Shown piece by piece: positions 8,982 to 17,692 of a stretch of DNA of 64,000 nt. The stretch comes from an uncultured Gemmatimonadales bacterium (lineage in GTDB: Bacteria; Gemmatimonadota; Gemmatimonadetes; Gemmatimonadales; Gemmatimonadaceae). The translations under genes were made by a program, and so were the position numbers. The stretch spans positions 640,001 through 704,000 of the forward strand of contig CAVPQB010000003.1 in NCBI GenBank assembly GCA_963707505.1, written 5' to 3'. Under the pieces are notes generated by a model. The model was not told where the DNA came from. It saw only the letters and a list, made by a program, of their open reading frames with translations, and made no database searches. Position 1 is the stretch's first letter. Each line of letters begins with the position of its first letter.

Positions 8982-10139
8982 ATGCGGATCCGCCGTCAGC
9001 TCACCGTTGCGTCGCCGCTCAGCGCAGGCAACATCGTCGGCGCGACGCTCGACACAATCGCGCGCCGAGATCCGGGCGAGCGCGTGCGCAACGCGATTGC
9101 GATGGAATTCAATGCGCGCGACGTCCTGCTCACCGACAGCGGCACATCGGCACTCGTGCTCGCGTTGCGCATGTTCGCAAAGGCTACGATGCCTGTCGCG
9201 ATGCCAGCGTACGCGTGTGTCGATCTCATAGCGGCCGCAAGACGGGCTGGCGTGCACATTCGTCTCTTCGACATCGACCCGCACACACTCAGTCCGGACA
9301 TGGACTCACTGCAACGCGTGATGACCGAAGGTGTGAGTGCGATTGTGATCGCACACCTTTACGGCTTTCCCGCGGACATGCCAGCCATAATGAAGATGGC
9401 GCGCGATGCGGACGTGCCTGTCATCGAGGACGCTGCACAGCACGCTGGCGCGACTATCGCGGGAAAGCCCGCGGGATCGTTCGGCGATGTAACCGTGCTG
9501 AGCTTTGGTCGCGGCAAGGGAACCACATCCGGCCGCGGCGGTGCGCTATTGAGTAATGGCAGTACCGAGGCCGGCGTGCCGCTCCCGTCGGGCGAGCTCG
9601 GGCAGGCTCCGAGCACCGGCGTGCTCGTAACCACTGCCGCAACCTGGGCGCTCGGCCGACCCTCCTTGTATGGAGTACCCGCATCCATACCGTCGCTTCA
9701 TCTCGGAGAAACTGTGTATCACGAAGCCGGCGAGCCGAGCCGCATGTCGCGTGCAGCCGTTGCCCTGCTCGACCGGACTTTCCCGGGGATACGCCACGCA
9801 GTCCTGTCGCGCCAGGCCAACGCTCTCGTTCTGCGCGACACTGCGGAGCAGTCGCGGAACCTCGATTCCGTGCGCGCGATAGAAAGCGGTGAATCAGGGT
9901 ACCTGCGCTTTCCGGTCTTGCTTCGCGATGGTCCGCACGACGATGACGCACTCGGAATCGCGCGAGGGTATCCGAACCCACTGTCGCTCGAGCCACAGAT
10001 ACAACCCTGCCTGGTTGCGTCGCGCGAGCCACTACACGGCGCGCACGAGTTGGCGCGCCGGCTCGTTACATTGCCGACACATCATATGGTGACGACAAAC
10101 GATCTCGCGCGCATCGCCGCATGGCTCAGAGAAGCATGA
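8982..10139 (+). CDS. DegT/DnrJ/EryC1/StrS family PLP-dependent aminotransferase
   Basis: TDSGTSAL, PAYAC, AHLYGFPAD, VIEDAAQ, LSFGRGK (PLP Lys) and LVTLPTH. Confidence 0.85.
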   Translation: MRIRRQLTVASPLSAGNIVGATLDTIARRDPGERVRNAIAMEFNARDVLLTDSGTSALVLALRMFAKATMPVAMPAYACVDLIAAARRAGVHIRLFDIDPHTLSPDMDSLQRVMTEGVSAIVIAHLYGFPADMPAIMKMARDADVPVIEDAAQHAGATIAGKPAGSFGDVTVLSFGRGKGTTSGRGGALLSNGSTEAGVPLPSGELGQAPSTGVLVTTAATWALGRPSLYGVPASIPSLHLGETVYHEAGEPSRMSRAAVALLDRTFPGIRHAVLSRQANALVLRDTAEQSRNLDSVRAIESGESGYLRFPVLLRDGPHDDDALGIARGYPNPLSLEPQIQPCLVASREPLHGAHELARRLVTLPTHHMVTTNDLARIAAWLREA

Positions 10140-11356
10140 CCGAATCATCGCAGAAGCACTTACGTATCGTCTACGTCTGGGACGCGGATTATCCCTGGGA
10201 TGTCAGGACAGAGAAAATCTGCCTCGCGTTAACTGAAGCGGGACATGATGTGCACATCGTTGCGCGCAACAGTAATCGTGCTCCATCAACCGAAAAATTG
10301 CGCGAAGCGACAGTCCACCGCATGCCACCGTGGCGTTGGGCGGGAACTAGACTCGATAGAGCTCTCGGCTTCCCTGCATTCTTCAATCCTCGTTGGCGCT
10401 CGTTGATCGCGAACATAGCTGGAAAGATCAATGCCGATGTCATAATTGTGCGAGACCTGCCACTGTGTCCAACCGCGGTAAGCGTCGGACGGCGCCTGCA
10501 CATTCCCGTGATTCTGGATATGGCGGAGAATTATCCCGCGATGATTCGCGCGATCTGGCAAACCGGGCGACACAGGCCGCTCGATTTCCTGGTCCGCAAT
10601 CCGCGCATGGTCGAGCGCACCGAGGAATACTGCCTTCGACACGTCGATCACGTTTTCACGGTGGCCGATGAGATGTCGGATCGATTGGTAGCGATGGGCG
10701 TCGATCGCATGCGCGTAACGTGCGTTGGCAACACACCGTCGCTCACTGACAGAGTCGACGTCGCCAGAGTACGTGAGCGCGACGGCGATTCCATACAACT
10801 CGTGTACCTGGGGCTGATGGAGGTAGTACGCGGAATCAACGAGTTGATAGACGTAGTTGCACTTCTCAGGGCGCGAATACCGCGGGTAAAGCTTCTCCTT
10901 ATCGGCAGCGGACGTGATGAACACTTGTTTCGCGCCCGCGCGGCGCGAAACGGGCTGACCGGCGACGATGTGATCTTCACGGGGCATCTTCCCTATCGTC
11001 AGGCACTCGAGCTGATGTCCACAGCTGATATCGGGATGCTCCCGTTACATCGGAATGAACATATGGACACCACGATCCCAAACAAACTTTTCGACTATAT
11101 GAGTGTGGGACTGCCGGTGATTACATCGGACACGGTCCCCTCCGCAAGAGTCGTTCAGGCGGAAAAAGCTGGAGTCGTCTTCGAGGCGCGAAATCTGAAG
11201 AGCCTCGAAGACGCAGTGAGCTCGCTCGCCGATGTGGCACTAAGAAGTGAAATGGGTTCCAATGGTCGCGCAGCCGTGGAGCGGCGGTACAACTGGGAAC
11301 GCGACGCAGAAACTTTGGCTACAACAGTCGCGAACGTTCAGTCAACTTGGCGGTAG
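10136..11356 (+). CDS. glycosyltransferase family 4
   Basis: DYPWDVR, LVYLG...RGI, PNKLFDYMSVGLPVI and MGSNGRAAVERRYNWE. Confidence 0.9.
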   Translation: MTESSQKHLRIVYVWDADYPWDVRTEKICLALTEAGHDVHIVARNSNRAPSTEKLREATVHRMPPWRWAGTRLDRALGFPAFFNPRWRSLIANIAGKINADVIIVRDLPLCPTAVSVGRRLHIPVILDMAENYPAMIRAIWQTGRHRPLDFLVRNPRMVERTEEYCLRHVDHVFTVADEMSDRLVAMGVDRMRVTCVGNTPSLTDRVDVARVRERDGDSIQLVYLGLMEVVRGINELIDVVALLRARIPRVKLLLIGSGRDEHLFRARAARNGLTGDDVIFTGHLPYRQALELMSTADIGMLPLHRNEHMDTTIPNKLFDYMSVGLPVITSDTVPSARVVQAEKAGVVFEARNLKSLEDAVSSLADVALRSEMGSNGRAAVERRYNWERDAETLATTVANVQSTWR

Positions 11357-11477
11357 AAAATCTTCCCGCCGAAATTTCTCGAATCCCACCAGTTGCGAAT
11401 TGCTGAGTAAATCGTTAATCCTTGAGGCGCAGGGCAGGTTACGACGCCACTACCCTCACTCGAAGGCCCGATTGGGC

Positions 11478-11571
11478 CCGCGATAAAGGCATAACCGCTG
11501 AAAAGCGGCGACGCAAAACTACGAGGCTACAGCGCAGTAAGCAGCGCCAGGTCAGTCGGGTTTCCGAACGG
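11478..11571 (+). ncRNA. c-di-GMP-I (GEMM) riboswitch 1
   Basis: CGATAAAGGCATAA-CCGCT-GAAA-AGCGG-CGACGCAAAACT...AGTCGGGTTTCCGAA follows the c-di-GMP-I layout (GNRA-capped P2, GACGCAAA junction, P3, CCGA end); about 18 nt before the lipoprotein start. Confidence 0.82.
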
Positions 11572-11589
11572 CGTTCCAATGGGGTTTCT

Positions 11590-12584
11590 GTGTCTCTACG
11601 AGGCAATATTTTTCTCGCGGGTCTCTGCGTGATCGCAGTAGCCGCTTGCTCGGGGACAGATAGCGGTATGGGAAGCCGCAACTTAACAGACCTGACGAGT
11701 GTGCCTGCCACACCAGTGGCGCCATCATCGGATTCGGCAGAACAAGCAGCCGCGACGCCGGCTGTAACTCCCTCTCCATCTCAGCAAGTTGGAACCGACG
11801 GTCCTTCGTTATCCGGAAACGCGTTTGTATCTGATGACTACCGGTCCTACGCAAACACTGCAGCGCTGATCGCAAAGGTATCCGTCAACGTTGGTGGTCT
11901 GGCAGTCCGCAGGCGTCGCTGTATACCGACGGTCCGAATGCAGGAACGGCTCAGCTGGATCCGGCCGTTACCTATAACGGACACCCAACTGTCCGGTACG
12001 ATCAGCGGAGCGGCACAACCCAGGGACCGGAAATGTGGGTAGGCTTTCCTAACGGTAAGACACTCACCAACATGTGGTTCCGAGCCGTCATCCGCTTTAG
12101 TCCAGGATTTACCACCCTCGGCACAACGCCAAATTCGGCAAACGCATACAAGCTGCTGGGCTGGTCATGGGCCGGTGCCAATGGGCGCGGCGGACTCGGC
12201 TTCACCAATACAGACGCGTACACATTCACCTGGGGCGTTGAAAGCCTTCAAGGCACCAGTCTTGGTTTCACCGAACCGACTGGGTTCAGGAAAGTGACGA
12301 CCGAATGGAGTGATGGCGCGTGGTATGATTACGTCATTCACTACCAGCAGATTTCAGCCACTACGACTCGGACTTCCTTCTATCTGGGACGGAACAATTC
12401 CACGCCGCAGCTGGTGTATACGATGGACGGCGCCATCAATCCAGGCAGTGCGATTCCGCCAGTAAATGGTGTGATGCTTGGCCTCAACTTCAACTCGACT
12501 CGTATCACATCGCAGGCGCTGTGGTATGGCCAGTGGGAAGTGGTGGACGGCGCCCAGTACTCCAATCCGTTCAACCTGAACTAG
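11590..12584 (+). CDS. lipoprotein A with a C-terminal beta-sandwich domain (1-nt frameshift near 11898)
   Basis: GTG start, lipobox VAAC, P/S/T linker. Joins track ORFs 11422-12042 and 12033-12584; the paralog has an extra A (GGTGGTACTGGC) that restores the frame. Confidence 0.78.
11797..12583 (+). repeat. ~790 bp direct repeat, copy 1
   Basis: From GACGGTCCTTCGTTATCC to TTCAACCTGAACTA; nearly identical to 13669-14457. Confidence 0.95.
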
Positions 12585-12892
12585 TCAACGTCCGTCCGAT
12601 GCTAAGAATTGACTAAGCTCGTCACCGCGACACTACCGGTGTCCGCATTCAAAGCTCCTTAATGCCCGCCGATTCAAGCTCCTTAATAAGGATGTAGGAC
12701 TCGACCGTCGGAACGCCATGCTGAAAATTCATGGGCGTTTCCGATCCTGCACCAGCAGTCTGGAAGTAAGAATATTTGACCTGGACTTGCGGCATGACGG
12801 ATCTAATGTTTCGTTACTACACGACGATACTACTCGTCACTGCTGCAGGCACTATCTGAGAGTCAGATAGCGCTCTAGGTGTGGCCCTCTGG

Positions 12893-12988
12893 GCCACGAT
12901 AAAGGCAAACTCGCCGAAAGGCGGGGACGCAAAGCCACGAGGCTAAAGCGTGCTCAGGCACGCCATGCTAGTCGGGCTCCCGAATGGC
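12893..12988 (+). ncRNA. c-di-GMP-I (GEMM) riboswitch 2
   Basis: GCCACGATAAAGGCAAAC-TCGCC-GAAA-GGCGG-GGACGCAAAGCC-ACGAGG-CTAAAGCG...CGCCATG-CTAGTCGGGCTCCCGAATGGC: P1, P2 with GAAA loop and P3 with a tetraloop-receptor-like motif; GAGGA RBS follows. Confidence 0.93.
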
Positions 12989-13008
12989 ACACTAACGAGG
13001 ACCACACT

Positions 13009-14458
13009 GTGAACCCAAGTACGAAAGCCGTTGTGCTTTTGGCACTCATCCTTACGGCCGTTGCTTGCGCCGGCACCGACGCAAACAAAAATGGCCCTGA
13101 CGTCGCCGATTTGACGGCAACCGACTATTCACTACCGGCATCAGCCGTAGTGCAAGTCGCTCCAAATGCCCCGGCGCTTGACATCGGGCAGACGGTCAAG
13201 CTTGCAACCGCATTCGTCGATGGCGCGGGACGACCAGTCGAAGGCGTGATGGGGGTGCTCGCACGCTGGCGCTCCAGCGACACGACAATCGCAACTGTGT
13301 CCGTCACGGGTGTCGTCAAAGGTCTTAAAGACGGGCACGTGACAATTACTGCAATGGCCGGACGCCGAGTTGCATCGAGCTTTGTGACTGTCCGACATCG
13401 GCCTACCACGAGCACGGAGCAGCAACCTGATACGGGCAAGAGTGTTGCGCAGACGGACGCGGCGACAACGACTGCGCCCACGGCTGCCCCAGCAAAACCC
13501 GAAACGCCAGCGACGAGTACACCAGCTACTACCACGCCAGCGACTACCCCAACTAAGCCGCCGACCGTGACACCACCACCGCCGGCTTCTGCTCCGCCGG
13601 TTGCTGCGGCGCCGCCGACGGCGCCGGCTCCTATCTCGGCTCCGATAAGCTCACCGCAAACTGGAATTGACGGTCCTTCGTTATCCGGAAATGCGTTTGT
13701 ATCTGATGACTACCGGTCCTACGCAAACACTGCAGCGCTGATCGCAAAGGTATCCGTCAACGTTGGTGGTACTGGCAGTCCGCAGGCGTCGCTGTATACC
13801 GACGGTCCGAATGCAGGAACGGCTCAGCTGGATCCGGCCGTTACCTATAACGGACACCCAACTGTCCGGTACGATCAGCGGAGCGGCACAACCCAGGGAC
13901 CGGAAATGTGGGTAGGCTTTCCTAACGGTAAGACACTCACCAACATGTGGCTCCGAGCCGTCATCCGCTTTAGTCCAGGATTTACCACCCTCGGCACAAC
14001 GCCAAATTCGGCAAACGCATACAAGCTGCTGGGCTGGTCATGGGCCGGCACCAATGGGCGCGGCGGACTCGGCTTCACCAATACGACGGATTACACCTTC
14101 ACGTGGGGTGTGCAAAGCTATCAAGGCGCCAATCTTGGTTTCACCGAACCGACTGGGTTCAGGAAAGTGACGACCGAATGGAGTGATGGCGCGTGGTATG
14201 ATTACGTCATTCACTACCAGCAGATTTCAGCCACTACGACTCGGACTTCCTTCTATCTGGGACGGAACAATTCCACGCCGCAGCTGGTGTATACGATGGA
14301 CGGCGCCATCAATCCAGGCAGTGCGATTCCGCCAGTAAATGGTGTGATGCTTGGCCTCGACTTCGAACTCGACTCGTATCACATCGCAGGCGCTGTGGTA
14401 TGGCCAGTGGGAAGTGGTGGACGGCGCCCAGTACTCCAATCCGTTCAACCTGAACTAA
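13009..14458 (+). CDS. lipoprotein B: Ig-like (Big_2) domain, P/T linker and the shared beta-sandwich domain (1-nt frameshift near 14365)
   Basis: Lipobox AVAC; WRSSDTTIATVSVTGVVKG...G.VTITA is Big_2-like. An extra G relative to the paralog shifts the last ~30 codons; the corrected stop is TAA 14456-14458. Confidence 0.82.
13669..14457 (+). repeat. ~790 bp direct repeat, copy 2
   Basis: Matches 11797-12583 except for a divergent patch at 14085-14132 and a few scattered changes. Confidence 0.95.
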
Positions 14459-14487
14459 CGAGCGCATTCGCGCATCAACCGAAAGAA

Positions 14488-14525
14488 CGAAGGGGCGGCC
14501 TCTCCAGTTGAGGGGTCGCCCTTCG
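14488..14525 (+). terminator. stem-loop after lipoprotein B
   Basis: CGAAGGGGCGGCCTCTC-CAGTT-GAGGGGTCGCCCTTCG imperfect stem; no U-tract on the plus strand. Confidence 0.5.
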
Positions 14526-14727
14526 CACAACGGCGACATGCCGCCTAACGCGCCGCATGCCGATTCTGATGTACTCAAAGCCATAGCCTAACGCACTACA
14601 CCGGCGCCGATTCGGTACGACTCAACTTCAACCACAACCCACCGGCGGACGCTGAATACAACGTCCACTGCTGCGAGCTGGACGTTTGGGACGCGACGGT
14701 GGACGCCGACCCGCACAGCCTGTTGTC

Positions 14728-15397
14728 CTAGAGCCTACGCTTGCGCCGAGTCAACGGCACGATGCCAAAGAGTCCCGACGCTGACAAGGATCAGCGACGA
14801 CGGTTCGGGTGCGGTGGTGAAATAGCCATTTCCTGAATCGTCAAATACGGCCGAGCTGATTACTGTACCGTCGTTATTCACGGCGTTGACCCCTAACAGT
14901 GTAATGATGGCTGTGCTGCTTGCTGAGGCGCCGGCGCCCTGGCCCGCCAAATTGGCCCACGCGTTCGCGGAAAAGACGAACGCGTAGCCATCGGTCGATG
15001 GCGTAAAGCCGACATGCATCGTGCTGTCGGCCCAGAAGTCATACTCGTTATCAGCAGTACCATCAGAGCGTGTCTTCTTTTGCACGGTCCTATCGTGGAA
15101 CCACACGGACGCCTGGGCGGGGACGTCAGACCCATCGGTAACGGTAAGCCCAGATACGGTTGCTGAAACCGTCGGAAACGCGAAATGGAACACAAGGTTC
15201 TGCGCATCCGTTCCGATCAGCAAATGCGTGTCAAGCATCCCGTCGAACACGCCCCCGTAGGACATGTTGGCCGCTGGTGCGGTAGCTGCGGCGAATACGG
15301 AGACAGTCCTGGTAGTGTAATCCACCGTCGCCTGCGCCCCTGCCACTGGAGCCGTCCCCAAAATTATCGCGAGGACCGCACCTAATCTGTTCTGCAT
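14728..15397 (-). CDS. PEP-CTERM protein 2 (1-nt frameshift in the tail near 14775)
   Basis: AGGAG RBS; signal peptide MQNRLGAVLAIILG...AGA; TAPEPSSLILVSVG. Removing one base gives ...GLFGIVPLTRRKRRL*, a canonical TM plus basic tail. Confidence 0.85.
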
Positions 15398-15453
15398 CTG
15401 AAAACATCTCCTGTAAAATGTGATGCGGCCAATTACTTCTGGCGCTATCGCGA

Positions 15454-16183
15454 TCACGCATTCCGCGCGGGAAGTATCGACGGCTGGATCCGCCTTCTCC
15501 GTGACGTCATAGCCGGGAGCAATCCGAGCAACCCGGTACCAAGCAGAGCCAGTTCGCCGGGTTCAGGAGCGGAAGTCGGCTCGCCTAGAATGTCAATCGC
15601 GAGTCGGTTGCCGTATCCCGAAGTAATGTCATCAGACGGCCGGATATACCCCCACGTTTGGGACACATTATCGAAAACTGCGCCCGCCGGTACGCCCGAT
15701 GTCGGGATCGTCAGCCAGAGCATGCCGAACTGGGCGGGGTCATTTAATGGGTTTTCATGCACAACGCTCAGCCAATATTCGCCACCGCTCCCGATGTTGA
15801 CAGACGGAAGCGAGAGTGTCCAGTATCCTGCCGTTGCTTGGGTAGCGGCGTCGCGCTGCGTAAACGGGGCTGACTCGGATCCAGATGCGACCAGCGTGCC
15901 TGGCAGTGGGCCCGTCGCCTCCGTAAACAAAGACCATGTGAAAATCCGCCTCACTTCCTGATGGCATCATGTATGGATTCACCATTACGACTGGGATGTG
16001 AGCGCCTGTTAATACCGATGGCCCAGCGAGAACGAATGGGGCGGCGAGGATATTTGGGTCGGTTATACCCCAGGAGTTCTCCTCGACTCCTTGTGTACCA
16101 CCGAAGCCGTAGAGAATGCCTTGAGCCCCGCTCGCTCCGCCGTTAAGCAGCGCCGCAACACCGACAATCCATAGTCTCTTCAT
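15454..16183 (-). CDS. PEP-CTERM protein 3 (1-nt frameshift at the A4 run 15941-15944)
   Basis: GGAGG RBS, MKRLWIVGVAALL signal peptide; continues into TWSLFTEATG...SAPEPGELALLGTGLLGLLPAMTSRRRR. Confidence 0.82.
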
Positions 16184-16317
16184 GGTGGACCACCTCCCTA
16201 ACCGAGATTCACCGCTGAACGCTGCTGCCACGTACGGGAAAATGTCGTGTAACCAAGGCGGATTGGCTAGGGAGACCGGCGAGTCGTGAGCAAGGGCCGA
16301 CCCGTCAGCACGGTAGG

Positions 16318-17692
16318 CTACCATATTCTTGGGAGCAGACTGCCGCTTTGCAGGCGCTCTACATGTAGGGCCGACGACTCCGATCGCAACGGGTGACGTG
16401 CGTCCGACGCACGGTCGCCAATAGAAACTCGTTTTGCCTGTCTCTGACCAGCGTGCCACACGCGAGATCGCAACAGGCCGATCCTTCAACGACAACATCG
16501 GCGCCTCCAGCACACGCCAGCTCACCCACGCTACCGCGAGACTCACTCCGAATAGTAGAACACCGTAGACGCCCCACTCAGGCAGCGTCGACCCATGTAT
16601 CGGCGCGATATGAAATTTCGGCACGAGAAGATCCAGCACCATCATGAACGGATAGTGCACGACGTACAGACAGTAACTGTACTTGCCGAACATTCTGAGC
16701 GTATCGTTCTCGAACGGACGCTTCCAACCGTGTCCGTCTGCCGATGATAGAACCAGCACGAGAATGACCGAGCCCAGCACGGCAAGCACCGAGTAACCGA
16801 TCGTCGCGATGTACGGATTGCGATTGTCGAAGCCTGCCGTACCGGTCCACGACACCATCACCAACGCAACAATCGACAGCGCGCCTATCCAACCCGCGTG
16901 ACGACGCGCGCGCTCCATTGCGCCAGGCGTCCGGATCGCCAGTGCCACGATCGCGCCGGCCGCAAGAATGTCCATGCGCGCGACCGACAACACATATGCT
17001 CCAGCCCAGCCACCCTGCACGTACGTCACCAGCGCGATGCGACACACCAACGCGACCGCCGACATCGCCACCACAACACGCCACAGACTCCTTCTGGATA
17101 GCGTGAGCACGACGAACGGCCAGACAATGTAGAACTGCTCTTCGACCGACAGGGACCAGAAATGCGCCGTGTTCAACGGCGTAGCCGCGCCCCCCTTCAA
17201 TGTCTCCAGAATGTTCACGCCGTAAAGCCAGTACCAGGCTTGATTGTGCACCAGCGTGGCAGTCGCTGGATCTCTCGCGAAATACCCGATGTGCGGAAGA
17301 ACGAAAAAGAAAAACGCGCACGCAGCGTAATACAGCGGAAATATCCTGAGCGCTCGGCGCTTCCAGAATCGAGGGAACGCTCCGGACGTGCCCTTCGCAT
17401 CGAGCAGAATTCCGGTGATGAGAAATCCGGAAAGAACAAAGAACAGATCGACGCCGACCCATCCGATGCTCTCCACTCCATGCACGAGCCGATCGACGAG
17501 TGGGTCGTCCGGCCGAGTCCCCATTTTGAGAAGCGCGAGGTGCCGGAACATCACGAGCACGATGGCCAGACCGCGCACTCCGTCGAGCGCAGGCACGTGC
17601 CTGAATCTGGCAACCACCGACTCCGCGGAGCTCGACGCCGGTTTGGCCCGCTCCCTTTCTGCCAACCCCGTAGCCAAGTATCTATATGCCAT
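16318..17692 (-). CDS. acyltransferase family 3 (OafA/YrhL-like); both ends uncertain
   Basis: PALDGVRGLA, GVDLFFVLSGFLI, RRALRIFPLYY, HFWSLSVEEQFY, GKYSYCLYVVH and SWRVLEAPML. No in-frame stop follows the domain; a 1-nt shift near 16477 would end it at 16318. Confidence 0.8.

Noticed and set aside
11478..12988. 3',3'-cGAMP-selective riboswitch variant
   Set aside because: The position equivalent to nucleotide 20 is G in both aptamers by manual alignment.
11797..14457. Diversity-generating retroelement template/variable repeat pair
   Set aside because: The differences are not adenine-specific in either direction, the repeat is far longer than a typical TR, both copies are coding, and there is no reverse transcriptase in the window.
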